DNA from: Spartobacteria bacterium
Lineage (GTDB): Bacteria > Verrucomicrobiota > Verrucomicrobiia > Chthoniobacterales > UBA6821
Length of the DNA stretch: 59,602 bases
Direction: 5' to 3'
Assembly (NCBI GenBank): GCA_947466005.1
Contig: CANIBV010000001.1
Coordinates: 1 to 59,602, forward strand
Shown here: positions 1 through 8,789 of the stretch, in pieces
Position numbering within the stretch: position 1 is the stretch's first letter
Layout: each line of letters starts with the position of its first letter
Made by a program: the position numbers and the translations under genes
The notes under the pieces: model-generated
Database searches by the model: none
What the model was told of the DNA's origin: nothing
The model's input: only the letters and a program-made list of their open reading frames with translations

Positions 1-2160
1 GAGAACGGCGGCACCTGCAAGAAGGTTCTGGTGACTAAATGTCTCCCCGAGGCTCTTGATGACGACCTCCTGCTTTCCGATGAGTTCGTCCACGAGAATG
101 GCGCGGGTAGCCTCTCCGGACTCCACCACGATGGCAATCCCCTCCTCCGGCTCCCTGGCCTTCCCCTCGGTTCCTAGGTATCTACCAAGGCGGAGGATCG
201 GCGTCTGCTTCCCGCGGACGCTGACCACCTCCCCCCGCTCGTGAACGGTCGTGACCATGCCGGGCCGCGGCCGGAAGGATTCCCTGACGGACATCGTCGG
301 GATGATGTAGCGGTCATTGCCTACCCCGACGAGCAAGCCGTCGATGATGGCGAGTGTCAGCGGGAGGATGATGGTGAAGGTGGTGCCTTCACCCGGAAGC
401 GACTGGATCTCGATCTTGCCGCGTAGCGCCTCGATATTGCGCCGCACGACATCCATCCCTACGCCCCGTCCGGAAAGGTCGGTGACAGCCTCGGCGGTGG
501 AGAAGCCAGGCATGAAGATGAGGTTGAAGATCTCGGACTCTGTCAGCTCTGCGTTCGGGGCGACAAGGCCACGCTCGATCCCCTTGGCCAGGATGCGCTG
601 CGCGTTGAGTCCCTTCCCGTCATCCTGGATCCGAATGACGATGCCACCGCGCTGATGGGAAGCCGTGAGCCTGATCGAACCGAGCGACGGCTTGCCGCAT
701 GCCGTGCGCTGATCAGGAGACTCGATCCCGTGATCGACAGAGTTACGGATCATGTGAACGAGAGGATCGCCGAGTTTTTCCACGATGTTGCGGTCAAGTT
801 CGGTCTCCTCTCCCTCCATGACGAGCTGAACTTGTTTGTTCTGCTGCGCCGAGATGTCACGCACGAGGCGGGTCATCTTCTGGAAAGCGCCGCGGATGGG
901 AACCATGCGTAATGACATGGCGTTGCGCTGAAGTTCGGAGGTGGTCCGGCTCAACTGGCGCAGGCTTCGCTCGAGCGTGCGACTGACAAGATTCTGAACA
1001 TCCGGATCCTGCACGACCATCGACTGGGCAATGACAAGTTCACCGACAAGATCGACGAGGGCATCCAGCTTCCATGTTTCGAGTTTCACGAACCCCGAGG
1101 CTGCGTCTGCGGTGGCCAGAGTTTTCCGGGAGGCGCTGTTGGCGGGGGGGGTGGGCACGGTGGAGAGGAGTGCCTTCATCTCCTCCAGAGACTGGGCGAG
1201 TTCCCCGTCCGTAAGGTTGATGGCAACCGCCACTGGAATCGAGGGAGGCACTATCTCTCCCCTAAGGGCCGCCTGTGCACGGCGGATCAGTTCGCTGGTG
1301 GGAACGACGATCGGCGCGCCTGCATCGGATCCCTGCAACTGAAGCCCGATTCCCTGGGTAAACTGCTTGAGCGCATCGGCACCCGCGAGAATCAGGTCGA
1401 TGGTATCGGAGGTGATCCGGAGTTTTGACTGCCGCGCGGCGTCGAGTACGGACTCCAGTTCGTGCGCCAGCTCCTGCAGTGCCTTGAGGTGCAGGAACCC
1501 TGCCCCACCCTTGAAGGTGTGAAAGGCGCGGAAGATGGAGTTGATCGTCTCCGCGTCCGTGGGATTCTCCTCCAGGACAAGGACACCCTGCTCAATGTTC
1601 TGCAGCAGTTCCAGTGACTCCCCGTGAAACTCGTGCAGGAGTTCGGCGTCATCCGCAAGGTTTAGGGTGATGGCGGCTTCCTCCTCGACGGACGAGACAT
1701 GAGCGGCGGGTACCGAGGCTAACTTTACCGGAGCAAGGGGCACTCCCGGAGTTGGTTTTACTGAAGCCGCAGGGATAGTCGCGACCGCTGGGGCCGTGGA
1801 GGATTCATTCATCCCGACCCAAGCGGTCGGCTGAGCAGGGATTTCCTCACCCACCGCCCAATCGCTCAAGGCCGAGCTCATCCAGGAATGCCACTGGTTG
1901 AAGTTGCTGATTGAATCGGGAGTGAACTTGCCGGTTCCATCCAGGATCAGGTCCATCCAACCCCGCGCGACCGAAAGAGCTGAGACCAAACCCCGCGGAG
2001 TCTCTTTCCCGGTGAGTTCCTCTAGGTCCATGAGAAGGCTGTTGAGTGGGAGCAGTCCCGTATCCTGATCGGGCAGGATGAACGCCATTTCAAGGGCGAT
2101 CTTCCCGAGAAGATCGAGGAACTTCGCGGCGGTAGTTGCTCTGTTTTCTGCAGATTCCAT
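1..2160 (-). CDS. cheA: CheA-type chemosensory histidine kinase (C-terminus runs off the left window edge)
   Basis: The minus-strand frame is open from ATG at 2158-2160 to position 1 (720 codons). It is absent from the ORF track because its stop lies outside the window. My translation shows an HPt motif (FRAFHTFKGGAGF), HATPase boxes (NSVDHGIE, DDGKGL, GRGVGMDVV) and a CheW-like C-terminal part (ILVDELIGKQEVVIK). Confidence 0.9.
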   Translation of the reverse strand, partial: MESAENRATTAAKFLDLLGKIALEMAFILPDQDTGLLPLNSLLMDLEELTGKETPRGLVSALSVARGWMDLILDGTGKFTPDSISNFNQWHSWMSSALSDWAVGEEIPAQPTAWVGMNESSTAPAVATIPAASVKPTPGVPLAPVKLASVPAAHVSSVEEEAAITLNLADDAELLHEFHGESLELLQNIEQGVLVLEENPTDAETINSIFRAFHTFKGGAGFLHLKALQELAHELESVLDAARQSKLRITSDTIDLILAGADALKQFTQGIGLQLQGSDAGAPIVVPTSELIRRAQAALRGEIVPPSIPVAVAINLTDGELAQSLEEMKALLSTVPTPPANSASRKTLATADAASGFVKLETWKLDALVDLVGELVIAQSMVVQDPDVQNLVSRTLERSLRQLSRTTSELQRNAMSLRMVPIRGAFQKMTRLVRDISAQQNKQVQLVMEGEETELDRNIVEKLGDPLVHMIRNSVDHGIESPDQRTACGKPSLGSIRLTASHQRGGIVIRIQDDGKGLNAQRILAKGIERGLVAPNAELTESEIFNLIFMPGFSTAEAVTDLSGRGVGMDVVRRNIEALRGKIEIQSLPGEGTTFTIILPLTLAIIDGLLVGVGNDRYIIPTMSVRESFRPRPGMVTTVHERGEVVSVRGKQTPILRLGRYLGTEGKAREPEEGIAIVVESGEATRAILVDELIGKQEVVIKSLGETFSHQNLLAGAAVL

Positions 2161-2347
2161 AGATTGCTAATGGGTCAGATTGAAGCAAATGTGCGGCCAA
2201 ACAAGCAGGATCACCCGGCATTAAACAATAGTTTCCAAAAGCACCCAACTGGAGCGCCCGTGGCAGGCAAGATACCCCTACCGAGAGGTTTCACTCAGGC
2301 TTGTGCGGATGCTTGCGCACACCAATGAACTAGGACAAGATTGCCTC

Positions 2348-3265
2348 ATGCAGAAAGCACCCCTCCCCGTCATCGGAATAGCAGCTCTGGTTGCCTTCGC
2401 TCTGTTCTTCCTTGCGCCGAATGTATCCAACGTCCGTGTTACCGCAGGCTACGCGAGCTACATCTACTCCAAGCCGATCTTGGGCAAAGGAGAGTTCAAG
2501 GAAGTGATCTTCGGCCCCGCCTCCACTGGTATGCGCTGGCGCCTCTGGGGGCAGGCCGTCTCCATCACCCCCTACACCTACTCCGAGGCCTTCGATGCCG
2601 ACAGTGCCATTCTGGCCAAGGACAAGCTCCCCCTCTCCAGCCAGGCCCATATCGTCTGGCGCCTGAAGCCCGACGAGAAATCGGTACGCCGCTTCATGGA
2701 AGAGTTCGGTGGTTGGGAGAGTACCGGAAACCCGGACAAGATTGCCAAGGCAGCCTACGACCAGTTCATCCGCGAACCCTTCCGGACCATCACTCGCTCC
2801 GTCGTGGCGAAACATGACGGCCTGTCAGTTAACGAGTCCCTGACCTCTATCTCGCAGGACATCGGTAACCAAGTGAAGGATCTGCTCAAGAACACACCCT
2901 TCGAGGTGATGTCCGTGGTGATGGGAAACGCCTCCCCTCCGCAGCAGGTCATCGTGGCCATCGCCACCAAAGTCGCCCTCAACCAGACCCTCGAGCAGAA
3001 GGCGATCGAGGAACGGATCGCGCAGAAGAACATCGATATCGAGCGCAAAAACGGAGAGGCGGCGGGCGCACGTTCCGCTGCCGAGGCGATCGAACGGGCC
3101 AAGGCGATCACCTCCATCAGCGCGGTCCTCTCCCCCTCCTACGTCCAGTACCTCCAAGCAGAGAACATCAAGGGAGCCGACCGCGTCTATGTCCCGCTTA
3201 ATGCAGGGCCGCAGCTTGTGATGCCACTCCGTGAGAAGACACCGGAGAAAGCGACGGCTAAGTAA
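2348..3265 (+). CDS. SPFH/band-7 (prohibitin/HflC-like) membrane-anchored protein
   Basis: ORF track 2303..3265. I moved the start to ATG 2348, directly before a hydrophobic anchor (LPVIGIAALVAFALFFL). The body and the Ala/Glu-rich coiled-coil tail (EERIAQKNIDIERKNGEAAGARSAAEAIERAKA) look SPFH-like. Confidence 0.7.
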   Translation: MQKAPLPVIGIAALVAFALFFLAPNVSNVRVTAGYASYIYSKPILGKGEFKEVIFGPASTGMRWRLWGQAVSITPYTYSEAFDADSAILAKDKLPLSSQAHIVWRLKPDEKSVRRFMEEFGGWESTGNPDKIAKAAYDQFIREPFRTITRSVVAKHDGLSVNESLTSISQDIGNQVKDLLKNTPFEVMSVVMGNASPPQQVIVAIATKVALNQTLEQKAIEERIAQKNIDIERKNGEAAGARSAAEAIERAKAITSISAVLSPSYVQYLQAENIKGADRVYVPLNAGPQLVMPLREKTPEKATAK

Positions 3266-3281
3266 AGGCCCATTACCGGAC

Positions 3282-3929
3282 TCAGCGGATCCTCCGGTAA
3301 TAGCGCAGAGCCTCGATAGGCACCCCCAACCTGACGAGCGGATAGACGCTCCCCGCGGTCGCAGCGCGATAACCTGCAGGATCCCTGATCAGATAATCAA
3401 ATCCCCGCTTGCCGACGATCACCACGAAGTGGGTGATGCCATCAGGACGGCGAATCCTGATGATCACCGGATTCCCTCGCAGCAAGTTCCAGTCGATCAG
3501 GGCATAGGAGGGGAGATCCTCGTAGGCTTTCTCGACCAGAGCGGGGGTGAACTCTGCCGCTGACTCCCAACGCAGCCATGCACGCCCCTCATAGCCCTTG
3601 TTTTCCTTAAGAAAACGATTGAGCCGTCCGGGATCGACATCCATGCCGTAGAAACCAAGCGCCATGGAGGCGGAGGCAACCGCACACCCCTCCCCTCCGA
3701 GTGTCCCCGGAGTGTCTCCTAACAACTCGTCACTCCACCTCGGGTCACCCTGAAAGAACTGAGGCACCATGATCACAATCTCCCCGGGGATCGGCAGACC
3801 GCCGACTCCGCCAATCGGCCGACGCCAACCCCAGGAGATGACCAAGAGCAGGAGGATGAGGGCTGACGCCGCGATGATCCACCTTGCGGAGGCAAGTCTT
3901 TTGACCTTGGTTGGAGGGAATGGTGTCAC
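3282..3929 (-). CDS. membrane-anchored papain-fold cysteine peptidase, C39-like
   Basis: ORF track 215 aa with a GTG start. It has an N-terminal TM segment, then QGDPRW...GGEGCAVASASMALGFYG (candidate nucleophile Cys) and a later ITHFVVIVG (candidate His). This is the typical C39-like domain layout. Confidence 0.55.
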   Translation of the reverse strand: MTPFPPTKVKRLASARWIIAASALILLLLVISWGWRRPIGGVGGLPIPGEIVIMVPQFFQGDPRWSDELLGDTPGTLGGEGCAVASASMALGFYGMDVDPGRLNRFLKENKGYEGRAWLRWESAAEFTPALVEKAYEDLPSYALIDWNLLRGNPVIIRIRRPDGITHFVVIVGKRGFDYLIRDPAGYRAATAGSVYPLVRLGVPIEALRYYRRIR

Positions 3930-4705
3930 GCTTTCTCTATTTTCTGTTTATCGGATTCCTTCTTTCCATGACTCCCACGAGCGCGGAAGACAACAACTCT
4001 CTTCCCCACATCAACCGGTTGATCCTGGAGGAAGTCTCCTCCATGCCATCGGATGGTGGATATGCCCCCTCGACCGCAGCCAATCATGCACTCCAGCATG
4101 CAGTGACCTCCTCCGGCGAGGTGCTCCGAGTAGATGCCTCCCACGCCTCACCCAGCTATTGCTCAGGCGCCACCTACCTTGTTTTTCTTAAGACCTTGGC
4201 AGCTCTCCAAGCTTCACATCAACTCACTCTCACCCCCACCACAGCCACTCAACTAAAACCAACCGGTCAACCGGATGGCACGGGGATCTGGGGACGCTGG
4301 AATGCCAACGGCCCCGGCACGGCGCGCCTCTTTTACGAATTGGGACTTGGGGCGAACTTCACCGATCTCCGGATGGCACGTCCCGGCGATTTCCTGAAAA
4401 TCTTTTGGAGCGACGGCATCGGAGCGACCGAGCATGGACACTCCGTCATCTTCCTAGGGACCGAGACAAAGAACGGCGTACAGTGCGTGCGCTTCTGGTC
4501 GAGCAATATCCCTCAAAACCATACCCCTGGAGGCTATGGTGAGAAATCGGTGCCCATCACCCGCATTCACCGGATGCTCTTCTCCCGCCTCGAGCACTCC
4601 GAGAACATCAACCGTCCCCTTCCCCGTACCGATAGCTATCTCTCCTCCCTCGAGCGCCGCTCCTCGACACCTGCCGAGATGGAGCGGCAATGCGGCTTAC
4701 GCTGA
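3920..4705 (+). CDS. secreted NlpC/P60-like papain-fold protein (putative cell-wall hydrolase)
   Basis: ORF track 3911..4705 (TTG); the first ATG is at 3920. It has a signal peptide, then SYCSGATYLVF (DCSG-like Cys motif), RPGDFLKIFW and EHGHSVIFLG (His motif) in the NlpC/P60 order. Confidence 0.45.
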   Translation: MVSRFLYFLFIGFLLSMTPTSAEDNNSLPHINRLILEEVSSMPSDGGYAPSTAANHALQHAVTSSGEVLRVDASHASPSYCSGATYLVFLKTLAALQASHQLTLTPTTATQLKPTGQPDGTGIWGRWNANGPGTARLFYELGLGANFTDLRMARPGDFLKIFWSDGIGATEHGHSVIFLGTETKNGVQCVRFWSSNIPQNHTPGGYGEKSVPITRIHRMLFSRLEHSENINRPLPRTDSYLSSLERRSSTPAEMERQCGLR

Positions 4706-5968
4706 ATTTTTTTTCCTATGGGAGAGAAGGGCCGCGATGATCAAGCACGCAGCAATCAGGTAGGCGATCCCGCTCCAGGCGATCGCTCCGCTCATCCTCT
4801 CCATCTGGGTGCCAGACCCGTAGGATGAGACTAGGCCTATCGCGAGAGGCCCCAGCGCTCCGCCTCCCCAGCCAATCAGATTCATGAGCCCCGCAACGGA
4901 GGCACGTTCCTGAGGAGGCACACAATCAAAGGCCGAGGCAAAGATCCCCCCGTCGTAGGCACCCTTGCAGAGACCGAAGCAGATCATCGCGCAGACCAAC
5001 ACCTCCATCGTGGAAGCACGAGCGACCGCCACCACGCAGAAGGATCCCAGGATGAGTGCCGCGGCCTGAACAATCATGCGCGCCCCACGGATCGAAAGAG
5101 CGAGCCGGTCGGCCAGTATCCCGGAGAGCGGTGCACTCACCGCACTGGCCAACTGGATCGCGACAACCGCCGAGAATCCTGCCGAGACAAGACCGAGGTG
5201 GAATTTTTCGAATAGGAAGGTTGGAGCCCAGACCATGAAAATCGCCGCCACGCCGTTCGCGCAGGCGAAGGCCCCCAGCAGCATCGGCACTCCCGGAGTG
5301 CGGGCGAGACGGTGAAATGTCTCCACAAAGCCGCGCCTTTCCGTCACTCCGATCGAATCCTCGGGCGTGCAGGTGATCTCCGCAGCCCCACGGACCGGCT
5401 CCCGCAGCCGGATCCATAGAAGCAGTGACACCACGATCCCGGCGGCACCGAATCCGTAGAAGGCCCATCGCCATCCAAATCGCTCCGCAAGCAGTGCCCC
5501 GAGACCACCGCCGACAATCGTGCCGATGTAGACCGCTGACTGGTGGAGTGAGAGCGCCGTGGAGCGTGTGCGAGTGCCGTGGTAGTCTGAGAGCATGGAG
5601 GTTGCAGCTGGGAAATAGACCGACTCCCCCAGTCCGATGAGAGCCCTCGCCGCCACAAACTGCCAGAGTCGGCCACAAAACCCGGTCACGACTGTCATCA
5701 GACTCCAGAAGAGACAACCGACCAGGATCATGCCCTTGCGTGACTGCCGATCACCCGCATACCCGGCGAAGGGTGCCGAGGCGGCGTAGACCCACATAAA
5801 GGCGCTGCCGATCAAGCCGAGTTGGGCCTTGGTGAATCCGTAATCCCGCTCCAGTAGGGGAAAGAGACTGCTAATGGCTTGCCTGTCGGCGTAGTTCAGC
5901 AGGCAGACCAGCCAGAGCATCCCGAGCACGATCCATTTTTCACGGTTGATGGATTGAGGGAGGCTCAT
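4697..5968 (-). CDS. MFS transporter
   Basis: ORF track 423 aa. About 12 hydrophobic segments, with an MFS signature-like GYAGDRQSRKG loop between TM2 and TM3. Confidence 0.85.
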   Translation of the reverse strand: MSLPQSINREKWIVLGMLWLVCLLNYADRQAISSLFPLLERDYGFTKAQLGLIGSAFMWVYAASAPFAGYAGDRQSRKGMILVGCLFWSLMTVVTGFCGRLWQFVAARALIGLGESVYFPAATSMLSDYHGTRTRSTALSLHQSAVYIGTIVGGGLGALLAERFGWRWAFYGFGAAGIVVSLLLWIRLREPVRGAAEITCTPEDSIGVTERRGFVETFHRLARTPGVPMLLGAFACANGVAAIFMVWAPTFLFEKFHLGLVSAGFSAVVAIQLASAVSAPLSGILADRLALSIRGARMIVQAAALILGSFCVVAVARASTMEVLVCAMICFGLCKGAYDGGIFASAFDCVPPQERASVAGLMNLIGWGGGALGPLAIGLVSSYGSGTQMERMSGAIAWSGIAYLIAACLIIAALLSHRKKNSA

Positions 5969-6037
5969 GGGAATGGTGGGAGTTAGTGGATTACGTTTCC
6001 AAATCCAACTGGAATCCGATCAGATGTCATCTCTTTC

Positions 6038-7351
6038 ATGGAGGATCTTTCCGCTAATCTCTTGAGCCGGGACAAGGAGTCCGTCTGGCATCCCTTCACC
6101 CAACATGGACTCGGGAGACAACTGCTGCCCGTGGCAGGCGGCATGGGAGCCGTGATTCGAGATGTCGAGGGCCGGGAGTACCTAGACATGATCTCTTCCT
6201 GGTGGGTGAATCTCCATGGTCACAGCCGTCCGGAGCTTGCAAAGGCAGTGGCCGATCAGATCCTGAAGCTCGACCATGTGCAGTTCGCCGGAGCAACCCA
6301 TGAGCCCGCCGTACTGCTTGCCGAGCGCCTTCTGGAGGCAGCCGGACTCAGAGGCAAGGCCAAGGTCTTCTATTCCGACAACGGCTCCACGGCGGTGGAA
6401 GTGGCTCTCAAGATTGCACACCAGCACTGGGTTAATCAGGGCACTCCGAGGAAACTCTTCGCCGTGCTGGAAGGGGGCTATCACGGCGACACCGTGGGCG
6501 CCATGAGTGTCGGCCGGAGTTCTGGGTTCTTTGACTCCTTCACGGGGATGATGTTTGAAACGACCGTCCTTCCCGTTCCTCTCATCTGGAGGAACTTCCA
6601 AAACGAGGAGGGAGAAGGCGACGCACTCAGCAAAATCGCGGCCCTCTTGGATCGCTTGGGTAACCAGATGGCAGGACTCATCGTCGAGCCTCTCATCCAG
6701 GGAGCGGGAGGGATGCGATTCCACTCCCCCCGATATCTGAGCGAACTCTGCAGACTCTTCCAGGAGCGCTCCATCCCGGTGATCTTCGACGAGGTGATGA
6801 CGGGCTTCGGACGGACGGGCAGTTTCTTCGCCTATCAGCAGACATCAGTGATTCCCGACATGATCTGCCTCTCCAAGGGGATCACGGGAGGCATCCTCCC
6901 CCTCTCGGTCACCATTTCCTCCAATCTGCTCTTTAAGTCCTTCTTGGGAGATGATTTCAGCTCCGCACTCGCCCACGGGCACAGCTACACCGCCAATCCC
7001 GTCGCCTGCGCGGCCGCCCTCTGCAGCCTCGATCTGCACGAGGAGACGGATTCGCTCGGACAAGTTGCAAGGATGAACAGGCGGATGGCTCATCATCTTG
7101 AGAAATTGGTAACTCACCCCAAGATCGAACACCCGCGTCTTCTCGGAGGAATCCTTGCATTCGACCTAGTCACCTCCTCCCGAAGCTACTCCGCAGCGGC
7201 AGGGAGAGAACTCACCAACTTTGCCCAGGAAAACGGCGTCCTGATGAGACCTATCGGTAATGTCCTCTACCTCATCCCCCCCTACTGCACCTCGGACGAG
7301 CAACTGGACAGGGTCTTCGGCGTGATCGGTGAGTTTCTCGGTGGTCATTAA
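6038..7351 (+). CDS. bioA: adenosylmethionine-8-amino-7-oxononanoate aminotransferase
   Basis: ORF track 437 aa. Class-III aminotransferase with the BioA-type N-terminus (WHPFTQH...ISSWWVNLHGH) and the PLP-lysine region (LSKGITGG). Confidence 0.88.
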   Translation: MEDLSANLLSRDKESVWHPFTQHGLGRQLLPVAGGMGAVIRDVEGREYLDMISSWWVNLHGHSRPELAKAVADQILKLDHVQFAGATHEPAVLLAERLLEAAGLRGKAKVFYSDNGSTAVEVALKIAHQHWVNQGTPRKLFAVLEGGYHGDTVGAMSVGRSSGFFDSFTGMMFETTVLPVPLIWRNFQNEEGEGDALSKIAALLDRLGNQMAGLIVEPLIQGAGGMRFHSPRYLSELCRLFQERSIPVIFDEVMTGFGRTGSFFAYQQTSVIPDMICLSKGITGGILPLSVTISSNLLFKSFLGDDFSSALAHGHSYTANPVACAAALCSLDLHEETDSLGQVARMNRRMAHHLEKLVTHPKIEHPRLLGGILAFDLVTSSRSYSAAAGRELTNFAQENGVLMRPIGNVLYLIPPYCTSDEQLDRVFGVIGEFLGGH

Positions 7352-7473
7352 GACACTCGTGCTGCAGAGCAGTCGCCAAGGAATGAGAGGGCATGATAAG
7401 CGGATTGCCTAGTGGTAATCAGTCGACAGTCTTTCGGTGCCGCCTGACCCTATCGCTAGAGGGGTAGTGATCA

Positions 7474-7656
7474 ATGAACCAAGAAACCAATATCAGCAAG
7501 GGCGACCGTTCTCTCAAAAAGGTCTTCACCTTCCGGATCGACCCCCAACTTAAGGAGGCTGCCAAAAAAGCCGCTCGGGAGGTGAAGCTGACCGTTTCCC
7601 GTTACATTCAGGAGTTGATCCGAAGGGATCTCTGGTCGAAGGGGTTGCTCCGTTAG
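7474..7656 (+). CDS. small ribbon-helix-helix (CopG/Arc-like) DNA-binding protein
   Basis: ORF track 60 aa. Beta-strand FTFRID followed by two helices (PQLKEAAKKAA, VSRYIQELIRRDL) is the RHH pattern. Confidence 0.5.
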   Translation: MNQETNISKGDRSLKKVFTFRIDPQLKEAAKKAAREVKLTVSRYIQELIRRDLWSKGLLR

Positions 7657-7770
7657 TGCAGAAAGGCGGTGGTGCACTCAAGTGAGTCCATCAGGGTGGA
7701 TGGGCTTATTTTCACACAATGTGATTTAATCCATGACGGCTGTGATTCTTAGGGTAGAGTCACCGCCCCC

Positions 7771-8496
7771 ATGCTCCTCTGTATCGACTTTCAACCCGCC
7801 TATATCGAGGCATTTGAAGGGATCATGACGCCCTTGAGGAGCAGGCTTCGTCAAGCCAGCAGAAGGGGCGAAGAGGTGCACTTTATCTATAATGAGGCCT
7901 ACTCCATTGAGGGGGAGGACCTCGGTGACCCCATCGAGCGTGTCCTCGAATGGAGCGGCAGGCAGAAACTCCCCCTCACGAATGCACTCTTCCTGCGCAA
8001 AAACTTCGGCTGGGTCTCTCACCTCTTCCGTGAAGGGGCGGAGCGGGCCGTCGCCGTCTCCATTCTGAAGCACCTTCTTCAGCACGGACTGAACGACAGT
8101 TCGGAAGTCCTGGCTCCCGAGCTTGAGAGGATCATTGCCTCTTCCCACGATGACTTTGAGGGATTCTGGGACTGCTCGCCCGCCGCGTGGGAGGAAATCA
8201 CCTCCGGCGCCATCGCGATGCCGTACCTCTTTCAGGGGGGCGTTCTTCCATGGCTCGAGTCCCTCGGGACCCAGAGGGGCGAGGTCGTGGAGGTGATCGG
8301 CGGATTCCGTCACCGCTGCCTCGATGAGATGTGCATGCTGATGGAGGCAGGTGGGATCCCCTACCGTCTCAATGAAGCATTGATTTATTCACTGCCGGAG
8401 GAACAGATGATCTCCGAACTCGAGCCCGGCGCATGGGAACCAAGCGAGGAAGAGGCTCCTCTCCTGTTTTCGGATTTCGGGCTGGTCCCAGCGTAG
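7771..8496 (+). CDS. hypothetical protein, distantly isochorismatase/cysteine-hydrolase-like
   Basis: ORF track 241 aa. LLCIDFQPAY, RKNFGW and IGGFRHRCLDE...AGGIPYRLNEALIYS follow the order of the D-K-C cysteine-hydrolase motifs, with a large insertion. This is a weak motif-level inference only. Confidence 0.35.
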   Translation: MLLCIDFQPAYIEAFEGIMTPLRSRLRQASRRGEEVHFIYNEAYSIEGEDLGDPIERVLEWSGRQKLPLTNALFLRKNFGWVSHLFREGAERAVAVSILKHLLQHGLNDSSEVLAPELERIIASSHDDFEGFWDCSPAAWEEITSGAIAMPYLFQGGVLPWLESLGTQRGEVVEVIGGFRHRCLDEMCMLMEAGGIPYRLNEALIYSLPEEQMISELEPGAWEPSEEEAPLLFSDFGLVPA

Positions 8497-8545
8497 TGAC
8501 TTGGGCATCGCTTTTTAAAAGCGCCGCCACCCGTAGCCTAAAAAA

Positions 8546-8619
8546 TGGAGCGTCGTACTGGAGTCGAACCAGTCTAGCAGCTTTTGCAGAGCTGTGCCTA
8601 ACCGCTTGGCTAACGACGC
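8546..8619 (-). tRNA. tRNA-Cys (anticodon GCA)
   Basis: The reverse complement reads GCGTCGT-TA-GCCAAGCGGTTAGGC-A-CAGCT-CTGCAAA-AGCTG-CTAG-ACTGG-TTCGACT-CCAGT-ACGACGC-T-CCA. That gives a 7-bp acceptor stem, a GCA anticodon in a 7-nt loop, a TTCGA T-loop, discriminator U and an encoded CCA. Confidence 0.93.
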
Positions 8620-8789
8620 ATAAGAAAGCTTCAGAAGGAAGCTTCTAGCATCATCTCATCCCTTGGCAGGAGATCAAGGAATGTTCTCTCAATGACGTGC
8701 CATACAGCCTCCTAACCGGTCGATTCCACGGCAAAGGAATGCTGACTAGGTATTGTGTAGCCCTGTTATTCGTGCCAATAATTCCCGAG

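Noticed and set aside
1144-1151. G8 run inside cheA and a C8 run (56811-56818) upstream of the HdeD-like gene, considered as phase-variation tracts.
   Set aside because: A rough independent-base estimate predicts several G/C 8-mers in 60 kb at this composition, so these are not distinguishable from chance.
4926-5717. 263-aa minus-strand ORF inside the MFS transporter gene, in another frame.
   Set aside because: It is Arg/Gly/Cys-rich with no hydrophobic segments. The 423-aa frame gives a coherent 12-TM transporter.
7726-8313. 195-aa minus-strand ORF opposite the 7771..8496 hypothetical gene.
   Set aside because: Its Gly/Asp/Pro/Leu-rich composition looks like a shadow frame. The plus frame has more balanced, protein-like sequence and an ordered set of motifs. 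This remains the least certain strand choice in the window.
7352-8619. Possible integrative island inserted at the 3' end of tRNA-Cys.
   Set aside because: There is no integrase or recombinase. I found no direct repeat of the tRNA 3' end (TGGAGCGTCGTACTGGAGTCGAACC) near bioA or anywhere else I scanned. Only the weaker idea of a small acquired module is kept, as a finding.
8433-8648. 71-aa plus-strand ORF.
   Set aside because: It runs straight through the tRNA-Cys gene on the opposite strand, so it is not credible as a CDS.
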